From a virus, in IMG/VR virus record IMGVR_UViG_3300021141_000001: a stretch of DNA of 64,000 bases. One strand, 5' to 3'. The position numbers were made by a program, and so were the translations under genes. Positions 48,902 through 57,318 of this stretch are shown here, one piece after another. The number at the start of each line of letters is the position of its first letter. Within the stretch, counting starts at the first letter, position 1. A model generated the notes under the pieces. That model did no database searches and had not been told where the DNA came from. It saw only the letters and a program-made list of their open reading frames with translations.

Positions 48902-50650
48902 ATGCTTATTAGTGAATTAGGAATTAGAGGATTCAAAAGTTATGGTAATAACGAACAAGTCTTAAAATTAAATACGGAAAAAGGAGAATTGATTCTTCTT
49001 GTTGGAAATAACGGAGCAGGTAAATCATCTTTGTTAGATTCCTTCGATTACACACTTTATGGTAAAGTTAGAGGTCGTAAAAAGAAATGGGCCACTTTAT
49101 CCACACTCCCAAACAGAATTAACGGTGAACTACTTAATAGAATTAAATTTAATTCTTTAGGTACTGACGTTGAAATAAAACGAGGTATATCACCTGGTGT
49201 GTTAGAACTTACAGAAAACGGTGTTGTCAATGAAAGAGCCGGTAAAGGTAATGTTGATGAAAAGATTGAAAAGTATATCGGTATGGATATTGAAACTTTC
49301 AAATCATTTATCTCAATGTCTATTAATGATTTCAAAAACTTTATCTCTTTATCAAATGAAGAAAAACAACTTCTTTTAGATAAGTTGTTCAACTTAGAAG
49401 TTATCAATATCTTAAATGGTATCTTAAAAGATATCGCTAAGAATAATAAAGTCAGAGCCGCTTCTTTTGATGGTGAAATTAGAACTTTAGATGACTCAAT
49501 TTCATCTATTCAAAAGTCTATTGATAAAGCTATTGAAAGGCAAAAAGAAGAAGCTAGACTAGCTTTAGAAAGAGAGAAAGAAGATATTCAAGCCGAGATT
49601 GATAGAATCACAGGTGAGATGAATTCTAGAAAAGATGATTATAAATCTTTGAAAGAAAAGATGGATAAAATCAAAGAAAAGGATTCAGAATTATCTGATG
49701 AGATGGACAAAGAAAAAAGACAACTTATCAATTGTCAAAATGATATTAAGAATGTTCAAAGAGAATTAGACTTATATGATTCTGGTAAATGTCCTACTTG
49801 TAAAACAGATTTTGATTCGGTTCACTTTGCTAATTTAAGAACGGCTTTAGAAGAAAAGAAATTAGGTTTTGAAAATATCAAATCTGAAATTGAAGCTAAT
49901 GTTACTAAGATAAGAGAAAGACAAGTTAAGTTAAAAGGTTTATCTGAAACAACTACAACAACTTTTAATGATTTAAGTTATCTATTGAAAAACTATAAAT
50001 CAGAGATTGATAAATTAGTTCAAAAGAAAGCTTCTCAAACTGTTCCGGTTAATACTACTCCTTCTATTAATATTCAAGAGTTTCAAAATACAATTGAAGA
50101 ACTTGAAGAAAAGAAAGTAGTTAGTTCTGATAACATCACAGTTTGTAAAGAGAAAGACCTTTATTATAAAGAGTTGAATCGTATCTTTGGTGAAGATGGT
50201 GTTAAGAAGTCTATAATCTCTGGCATTATTAAACCAATCAATCACTTTATTGCTGAGAATATTAAAAAGATGAGTTTGCCATTTGAAGTAAGATTAGATG
50301 AAACTTTTACAGCTGAGATTAAACAATTAGGTTCTCAAATTGAACACGATTCTTTATCAACTGGTGAAACTAAAAAAGTTAATATTAGTATCTTAATTGC
50401 TTACTTGAAGTTAATTAGAACTAAGCGTCATATCAATATACTCTTCTTGGATGAGGTCTTCTCTTCTATTGATATCGAAGGTATAGATTCTATTTTGGCT
50501 CTCTTAAAATCGTTCGCAAACGATTATAACATCAATATCTTTGTTGTCCATCATGCTATTTTGAACCAAGAGATGTTTGATAGAATACTGAAGATTAATA
50601 AAGAAGTGTTTTCTTCGATAGAAGAGGTTGATCTGAGTTATGGAAGTTGA
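48902..50650 (+). CDS. gp46/SbcC/Rad50-like recombination ATPase
   Basis: FKSYGN, Walker A GNNGAGKS, zinc hook CPTC, signature LSTGE, Walker B LFLDE, coiled coils. Confidence 0.92.
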   Translation: MLISELGIRGFKSYGNNEQVLKLNTEKGELILLVGNNGAGKSSLLDSFDYTLYGKVRGRKKKWATLSTLPNRINGELLNRIKFNSLGTDVEIKRGISPGVLELTENGVVNERAGKGNVDEKIEKYIGMDIETFKSFISMSINDFKNFISLSNEEKQLLLDKLFNLEVINILNGILKDIAKNNKVRAASFDGEIRTLDDSISSIQKSIDKAIERQKEEARLALEREKEDIQAEIDRITGEMNSRKDDYKSLKEKMDKIKEKDSELSDEMDKEKRQLINCQNDIKNVQRELDLYDSGKCPTCKTDFDSVHFANLRTALEEKKLGFENIKSEIEANVTKIRERQVKLKGLSETTTTTFNDLSYLLKNYKSEIDKLVQKKASQTVPVNTTPSINIQEFQNTIEELEEKKVVSSDNITVCKEKDLYYKELNRIFGEDGVKKSIISGIIKPINHFIAENIKKMSLPFEVRLDETFTAEIKQLGSQIEHDSLSTGETKKVNISILIAYLKLIRTKRHINILFLDEVFSSIDIEGIDSILALLKSFANDYNINIFVVHHAILNQEMFDRILKINKEVFSSIEEVDLSYGS

Positions 50651-50930
50651 TAATTTGTTAGAATTATATCTTAACGCTAAGAAAGATAAGAAAGAAGCTA
50701 TTAGTCTTCAAAAATATGAGAAAGCGGCTATGGCTAGAGATACAGAACGCAAACATTCAGTTGATTTGTATGAGTTATTGAGTGGTGATAAAGTTGAAGC
50801 TTTTGATTATAATAAATTTGATAAACTTATTGATGATTACTGTATGAGTAAGTATGAAGTAAGTATTTATGATACACACTCATTAAAACAAATTATTAGA
50901 CAGAAAAGACTAAAAGATTTAGGAATATAA
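50640..50930 (+). CDS. UVR-domain (ClpC M-domain-like) small protein with C-terminal RxxK tag
   Basis: KKEAISLQKYEKAAMARDTE; ends IRQKRLKDLGI. Confidence 0.65.
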   Translation: MEVDNLLELYLNAKKDKKEAISLQKYEKAAMARDTERKHSVDLYELLSGDKVEAFDYNKFDKLIDDYCMSKYEVSIYDTHSLKQIIRQKRLKDLGI

Positions 50931-50963
50931 AAAAAGCCTCTGATTTCTCAGAGGCTTTTTTTT
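50929..50963. terminator. Bidirectional intrinsic terminator
   Basis: AAAAAAGCCTCTGATTTCTCAGAGGCTTTTTTT. Confidence 0.8.
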
Positions 50964-50973
50964 AAATATATTT

Positions 50974-52512
50974 TTAACAATCGTAACAATCTACTTGTCC
51001 TCGACCATAACAATTACCACATTCTACTGTTTCATCTCCATCACATTCACGACATGTTCTTTTACCATCTCCATCACAATCTGAACAATTCACTTTACCA
51101 GATCCATCACAATCTGAACATTCTTCCTCTTCGCCATCAGAGCCTTCAACATTACCAGATCCATCACAATTTGAACAATCTTCTTTACCATCACCATCAC
51201 AACTATTACACTCAATAGTTCCTTCACCATCACAATTACCACAAGAAACTGTACCTTCACCGTCACAGTCATAACATTCAGTTCTACCAGAACCATTACA
51301 AGTATCACAAGGTCTAACATAGTCACCACCTGTATCTTCTAAGAAGTAACAACCACCAGTATCCTCATTTGAAATAGTTTTTGTTCTTGAGTTAAAATAT
51401 TTAAGTGTATCTAAATAAGGAAAATTATCCATACTAGCATCAGTTAAATTAACAGTTAAATCTAAATTAACTCTACTTCCATCTGGAGCTATAGCTTGAC
51501 CACTATCTGAACTATTATTATGTTCTTTATAGTACCAACCATTTTCTTTAGCATAATCTCTGAATAGTTCAACATCAGAAGGATTTACTGTATAGATTCT
51601 ATCTAAATATTCTTTACCATCTTTTAATTTCCAAAGTAATGCTCTACCGATAATTTTTTCAGTATCATCCATTGATTTGTAAATAACTAAACCAACTTCT
51701 GGATTAGCAGTATAAACTTCTAACCAACTATCTGGAGCACCAGCCATACAAGACGAACCTAAAGTACCATTTCTTTCAAAGTAGTTTTCATTATGATACC
51801 AATGAGCAATATCGGAACCTCTAGCAACTTCAATATAAGAGAATTTATCATTCATCTTATCAATAGTAGCTTTATATAAATTCACAAATTGTTCAAAATC
51901 TTTATCAGTAAATTCAGCACCAGCCGCTTTTAAAAGCGCTCTCATTGCTCTACCTACTTTAATCTCTTGTCTACTTGATGACCAAACTTTTTTAAGTTTT
52001 TCATCAACAGATCTTAATTTCTCAACATTATAAACGCCTTGACCAGCATCATTTCCAGATAAATCTTTAAATTTAACCCAAGCATAAGATTTACCACTTG
52101 TTTCAGATGTTACTTTAGCAACAACTTCACCTAAATCTCTTGAATTAGGTTTATAAGGTTCAGAACCTTCTTCAAATGTATAACCTAGTTTTTCAAATAA
52201 GCCATTATTAGACTCTTTGTGTTTTAACCAACCTCCACCAGAACCTGTAAATCTAACCACTTCTTTAGTATCACCTAAAATCTCTTGTGCTTTTCTATCA
52301 GGAGTAAAAGAAATTGTATCATTTTTAGAAAATTCTATATCAAGATAATTAGCTTGAACAGTTAAGTCATTATTTTCAACACCTAAAATGGCTTTAGCCA
52401 TTGGATGGTCAATTTTAGCCATTGCCTTTCTGAAGTTATCAGAGAAAACGACATTTGATTCTAGTATAAACTCTAGATTTTCTTTTATAAAGTCTGAATA
52501 TTTTTTAATCAT
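50974..52512 (-). CDS. Putative internal head protein with ten DnaJ-type CxxCxGxG repeats
   Basis: N-terminus MIKKYSDFIKE; core shared with 26505-27470; ten CxxC units at the C-terminus. Confidence 0.75.
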   Translation of the reverse strand: MIKKYSDFIKENLEFILESNVVFSDNFRKAMAKIDHPMAKAILGVENNDLTVQANYLDIEFSKNDTISFTPDRKAQEILGDTKEVVRFTGSGGGWLKHKESNNGLFEKLGYTFEEGSEPYKPNSRDLGEVVAKVTSETSGKSYAWVKFKDLSGNDAGQGVYNVEKLRSVDEKLKKVWSSSRQEIKVGRAMRALLKAAGAEFTDKDFEQFVNLYKATIDKMNDKFSYIEVARGSDIAHWYHNENYFERNGTLGSSCMAGAPDSWLEVYTANPEVGLVIYKSMDDTEKIIGRALLWKLKDGKEYLDRIYTVNPSDVELFRDYAKENGWYYKEHNNSSDSGQAIAPDGSRVNLDLTVNLTDASMDNFPYLDTLKYFNSRTKTISNEDTGGCYFLEDTGGDYVRPCDTCNGSGRTECYDCDGEGTVSCGNCDGEGTIECNSCDGDGKEDCSNCDGSGNVEGSDGEEEECSDCDGSGKVNCSDCDGDGKRTCRECDGDETVECGNCYGRGQVDCYDC

Positions 52513-52585
52513 TTTCAACTATGTTATGTTTTATAGATATAAGTATATATTAAATATATAATGTACAAAAATTAATTTATTACAT

Positions 52586-52777
52586 ATGTTGATCGTAGAG
52601 GTTGAAGGAAAACTAACAATTGAAAAAGCTCTTAAAATTCTTAAAAGAAAATGGGACAAAACTAAAGCTATGAAAGAGCTTAGAGGAAGAAAAGAATTTA
52701 CTAAAAAGTCTGTAAAAAGAAGAGCTGAAGTAACAAGAGCCGCTTATATTCAGAAGAAATACAGAAGTAATGATTAA
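52586..52777 (+). CDS. rpsU: Ribosomal protein bS21
   Basis: MLIV.V.....IEKALK.LKRK......KELR.RKEFTK.SVKRR. Confidence 0.88.
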   Translation: MLIVEVEGKLTIEKALKILKRKWDKTKAMKELRGRKEFTKKSVKRRAEVTRAAYIQKKYRSND

Positions 52778-53069
52778 GAAGTTACTTAGTTTATTTCCCA
52801 ATCAAAATAATAAAACTTATGATTTAGGAAAATTACAAAAGTCTGGATTTATATCATCTTTACCTGATATGTCTGGTTGTCCTAATTGTAAAAGTAAAAA
52901 TATATCTTGGAAGTTCTTTATACCAACAGATGGTTCTAAACCAACTATTCCATCACAAAGTGTTTGTAATGATTGTGGATATAAAGATGAAAAAGGTCAG
53001 TTTGAAATGACAAATAAATCGTTACTTAGAGAGAAAAAAATTAATCAAATATTAGATGAGTTTCAATAA
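52770..53069 (+). CDS. Zinc-ribbon protein with C-terminal RxxK tag
   Basis: CPNC...CNDC; LREKKINQIL. Confidence 0.6.
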   Translation: MIKKLLSLFPNQNNKTYDLGKLQKSGFISSLPDMSGCPNCKSKNISWKFFIPTDGSKPTIPSQSVCNDCGYKDEKGQFEMTNKSLLREKKINQILDEFQ

Positions 53070-53271
53070 AAGATTTATCAGTAAAAATAGTTTATTATCA
53101 GCCGCTTCTAATGGCTTAGATTACTTAATAGGTTATGTAACAAAACCAGATGCTCTTATTATAGAGTCGGATGGTATATCTCACCAAGTTTGTGATATTG
53201 TTGGCTTAACAAAAGATAAACAAGAGATGAAACAAAAATTAAAAGAAATAGGATTCTATGAATTTGAATAA
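53056..53271 (+). CDS. Hypothetical protein
   Basis: 71-aa ORF overlapping both neighbours. Confidence 0.5.
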   Translation: MSFNKRFISKNSLLSAASNGLDYLIGYVTKPDALIIESDGISHQVCDIVGLTKDKQEMKQKLKEIGFYEFE

Positions 53272-53965
53272 AAACTATTACTCAATTCTTGGAGTTGATA
53301 ATAACTCTGATGAAAAGGTAATAAAAAAAACTTATTATAAATTATCATTTACGCATCACCCTGATAAAGGCGGTAATCCTATTATCTTTGGTGAAATGAC
53401 TGAGGCATATGATGTTCTTTGTAGTGAACAAAGAAAAGATTATGATGTTAAAAGTAAATTTGGTAATAATTATAATGAGTATTTTGAGCTATTTGATATT
53501 AATTTAGAATTTGATTATAATAAAGAAAAATCAAATTATGAAAAATTCAAAAAGAATGAAGTTTTAGATATCTATATGAATATAGATGAAACATTTAATG
53601 GTACGTTAGAATATGAAAGATGGGTTAAGTGTAAAACTTGTGATGGTACAGGTAAAGACCTTTCAGCTAAAATTGTTATTAAAGACAATGATGGTAATAT
53701 TTTAAGAACATTTGATGCTGATGATGGATGCGATTTCTGTGAAGGATCTGGTAAAGACTACAAAGGAGATGCTTGTAACTTTTGTAATGGTAAAGGTAAA
53801 GTAGGTTTAACACCTTGTAAAAAGTGTAATGGTGAAAAACGAATTTTAGGAAAACAAAAACTATCAGGTATTAAATTAACCGGTGATGAAACTAAAATTG
53901 AATCAATGGGTAATTGCTCTAAAGATGTTGCTGGAATGGTTGGTTATCTTTTATTAAAAAAATAA
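53258..53965 (+). CDS. DnaJ-like co-chaperone (J domain plus four CxxCxGxG), shortened C-terminus
   Basis: NYYSILGV...IKK.Y.KL...HHPDK; four zinc-finger repeats. Confidence 0.85.
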   Translation: MNLNKNYYSILGVDNNSDEKVIKKTYYKLSFTHHPDKGGNPIIFGEMTEAYDVLCSEQRKDYDVKSKFGNNYNEYFELFDINLEFDYNKEKSNYEKFKKNEVLDIYMNIDETFNGTLEYERWVKCKTCDGTGKDLSAKIVIKDNDGNILRTFDADDGCDFCEGSGKDYKGDACNFCNGKGKVGLTPCKKCNGEKRILGKQKLSGIKLTGDETKIESMGNCSKDVAGMVGYLLLKK

Positions 53966-53966
53966 A

Positions 53967-56900
53967 TTATCCTAAAGCAGTACCAACTTTACCAGCTGTT
54001 GCCATTTCAACAAATATAACACCACCCGAAGATTGACCAACACCAGCACCAACACCACTAACAACTGTATTAGAGTTTTGAGTTTGAATACTATCTAAAC
54101 CAACTGATATATTATCTATAAAGCTAAAGTTAGAATTAGTATAATCAATAAAAGGTGATATTCCTTGATATGGAATTTGAATACCTTTATTAATATTATC
54201 TTCTGTAAAATATTGAAAGAATGGAATCATATCCACTTCATAAAAATGTAAATTATCAATTAAATATTCTACAGTTGTTAAAAATAAAGGACTATATCCA
54301 TAAAAATGCATGGCTAGATTTCTTTTATTATAAAAATATTCTGATTTTTTAGTTTTTGATGTTAGTAAATGATTTACATTATCATATACAGGTAAATATG
54401 TTGCGGTTGTTAATATTGATGATTCAATTCCACCACTAATAGTAAGTTTTCTATTAACAAAATTTAAGTTATTAAAGTGTATAGGTGGAACCTGTACATT
54501 ATTATTAGGTCCAAAATATTTATATGTATAAGGTGCGTGAGTAACTTTAGAACTTCCTTTCCAACTAAATTCGGTATAATCTGATATAATATTAGAAAAT
54601 GTTACTAAATCAAACTCAACTTTTGTATATCTGAATCTTTGAATCTCCTCATATGTTTTGTTTAAAATATCGTTTTCACTAAATGACGTTACATCTAATA
54701 TACCACCACTAGCAATTGCTTTTACTAACAATTCTTCTCCTGTTATTGAGTCAATACCTGTATATGTTGGTCTAGAAAATGTTAAAGATGAAACATCCCA
54801 TCTAGAAAATGTCCAACCATCTTTTATAAATTCATTTTCTCCAGGTATATTGATATATACTTCAGCACTTGCTGCTTGTGATGCCGTAGATGAAAGAAAA
54901 GATCCGCCAAATTCTGTTTCAAATTTACCAGCATCTCCTATAAAATCACTAAATATTTTATATTTTGTTCCTAGTTTATAACTTCTTATTGTTGTTGAAA
55001 AACTATCTCTAAAAGTTGAATCACTTTCTAATATATCATTTGTTGTATAACCATATAAGTTATTTTCTGAATAAGTTTTTCTTGATAAGGAATTTAATAA
55101 AGCTTGAGGTTTTCCTATGTTACTAGCATATGAATTATCAAATAATACATCCATCCATGAGTTATAAACAAATACCGCATCAGATTCTAATGAGTTATTT
55201 GATGTTATTTTAGATATATTGTTTGACTTGAATTTAACTTTTTGTAAAACACCTCTAGACATTTCAATTGTTACTGAACCACCTTCTAAAACAGAATCAG
55301 ATCCCCAATCAATGTCGGTTTTTATTTGGTAATTATTTACAACTTCCGTAACATAATGTTCACCATCATATTGAGGATTTATTGTTTTATCTGTTTTATC
55401 TATTGTTATTAAATCACCAACAGTAAGACCGTGTGGTTGTGAGAAAGTTAATCCAACACTACCAGCCTGAAATATCGTATCAACAAAATTAGGTATAGTG
55501 TATTCAGATGAACTAAAATGACCACCATCAAAAACACCATCAATCCAGTTTGTATCATACATTTCAGTAATCAATGGATATCCTTTAAATAAACCATAAT
55601 TCCAAATTCCCTTAAAATATCCATTTAAGAAACCACCAGATAACCAAACATTTTTTGTTACATAAATTCTGTGATGATCTGAGTCTTTTTTAACTCTTCT
55701 TATTGGGAAGTTATTATCAAATTCAACAATTATACTATTATCAGTTTTATTTATGATTGTATAATAACTTTTAAGTACTTTTCTATCCTCATTTATATCA
55801 ATTGCGATGATATTTCCAATTGAAACATTATCACCAATATTAAAATTAGAAACTGATGAAGTTGGACCTGTAATCTGTACTCTCCATCTTTTATTTCTAT
55901 TATATCCAAAGAACTGATTAACATTATGAAACTCATACATTCCTTCATCAACTCTCCAACCACTATTCCAAACTCCATTTTCCCAAATACCTGCTTTGAA
56001 TTTACCATTACCAATTTTTGAATAAATTTGACTAATTCCGGGATTTATAAGAGATGCCGTTGCGTTTACACTATTACCATTTCCAACAAGGGCCGTATAT
56101 GTTGCTCCTGTTAAACCAATAATAGGTGATGAGTATGTTAGACCAGTACTCATTATATATTGTCTATTGTTACCAGAGTAGTAACCACCATCAACTGTTA
56201 TATTTGATAAATATATAGATGAGTATGTTGTACCTGATGCTGATGCTCCAGCAAATCCACCAACAAAAATCAAATATTGATTTCCTCTAACTCCATAAAA
56301 TTGTTGAGAAATAGAAGATGTCAGTGATGTTGATCCAGATGGAGAAACACTTTGAGTTAATGTTGCTAGTAATACAGATCCACTCGGTGGTGTATAACTA
56401 TTAGACACTAAATTGGTCCAATCAGCAGGAGATTGAGATGGTGGAGAATATGATGTATATATCTTTAATGGAAAATCACTTTGATTTTGATAAGAAAATG
56501 AAAAGTTAAAATATGAATAAGGTACAAATTTAACTAAAGCATTATTTAATCTAAATCCAATATTTGATGTCTTACTGCCATTTGGACCACCAACTGGAAA
56601 ATATCCAGTATTTAACTGTGTTGCGTTAGATGCGGAACCTGTTACTCTATCATACCAATGATATTGATCAGAACTTTTATTATAATACCAACCAAGTGAA
56701 TTTGATACAATTGGTTGATTCTCACTAGCTGTTAGTCTATAATAAGAAAATCCTTGAATTTTAAAATCTATCTCATTTACGACAAAATCAGTTATGCCCT
56801 CATTTGCCACACCTTGACTACTAAATGTACCATTTGCTTTATAAACAACATGACTGGTTGATGTTATAGTTGATGTTGGTGTTGAGTAGTGAAAAAAACT

Positions 56901-57269
56901 TTGAGTAGCATTAAGTGTTGGTGCTACATTTGAAGCACTCATTCCACTATAGTATTTTAACTCATCTGATTGATTTGTCGGCCAAGGTGGAGATACTGAA
57001 AAAGATCCGTGTACCGCATATAAATTAACAGTGTGTGTTATAAATTGATAAGTTTTTTTAGATTCAAAAGTATATGGTGTTCCAACATGATTAAGTGTAT
57101 AAATATTATTAACAGCAGAAGATCCAATACCCACCACATTAATTTGTAGTCTACCAGGTGATGGTGCCGCATTATATATCCAATGTACAGTTGTACTAGG
57201 AGCAGTTGCTAGTGATACTGCGAGTGACATACCACTTGTCATTGATGAACCAAATTTACCTGATGGCAT
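53967..57269 (-). CDS. Large putative virion structural protein with G-x-W/F pentapeptide repeats
   Basis: GIWENGVWNSGW, WLSGGFLNGYFKGIWNYGLFKG; S/T/N-rich. Confidence 0.6.
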   Translation of the reverse strand: MPSGKFGSSMTSGMSLAVSLATAPSTTVHWIYNAAPSPGRLQINVVGIGSSAVNNIYTLNHVGTPYTFESKKTYQFITHTVNLYAVHGSFSVSPPWPTNQSDELKYYSGMSASNVAPTLNATQSFFHYSTPTSTITSTSHVVYKANGTFSSQGVANEGITDFVVNEIDFKIQGFSYYRLTASENQPIVSNSLGWYYNKSSDQYHWYDRVTGSASNATQLNTGYFPVGGPNGSKTSNIGFRLNNALVKFVPYSYFNFSFSYQNQSDFPLKIYTSYSPPSQSPADWTNLVSNSYTPPSGSVLLATLTQSVSPSGSTSLTSSISQQFYGVRGNQYLIFVGGFAGASASGTTYSSIYLSNITVDGGYYSGNNRQYIMSTGLTYSSPIIGLTGATYTALVGNGNSVNATASLINPGISQIYSKIGNGKFKAGIWENGVWNSGWRVDEGMYEFHNVNQFFGYNRNKRWRVQITGPTSSVSNFNIGDNVSIGNIIAIDINEDRKVLKSYYTIINKTDNSIIVEFDNNFPIRRVKKDSDHHRIYVTKNVWLSGGFLNGYFKGIWNYGLFKGYPLITEMYDTNWIDGVFDGGHFSSSEYTIPNFVDTIFQAGSVGLTFSQPHGLTVGDLITIDKTDKTINPQYDGEHYVTEVVNNYQIKTDIDWGSDSVLEGGSVTIEMSRGVLQKVKFKSNNISKITSNNSLESDAVFVYNSWMDVLFDNSYASNIGKPQALLNSLSRKTYSENNLYGYTTNDILESDSTFRDSFSTTIRSYKLGTKYKIFSDFIGDAGKFETEFGGSFLSSTASQAASAEVYINIPGENEFIKDGWTFSRWDVSSLTFSRPTYTGIDSITGEELLVKAIASGGILDVTSFSENDILNKTYEEIQRFRYTKVEFDLVTFSNIISDYTEFSWKGSSKVTHAPYTYKYFGPNNNVQVPPIHFNNLNFVNRKLTISGGIESSILTTATYLPVYDNVNHLLTSKTKKSEYFYNKRNLAMHFYGYSPLFLTTVEYLIDNLHFYEVDMIPFFQYFTEDNINKGIQIPYQGISPFIDYTNSNFSFIDNISVGLDSIQTQNSNTVVSGVGAGVGQSSGGVIFVEMATAGKVGTALG

Positions 57270-57318
57270 TTTTTATTTTATTTTATTTTTATATATTTAT
57301 TTTAATCATTTATGTATA

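Noticed and set aside
52770-53069. KLQKSGFISSL as another capsid-derived bait peptide
   Set aside because: Resemblance too short and weak to support without an alignment.
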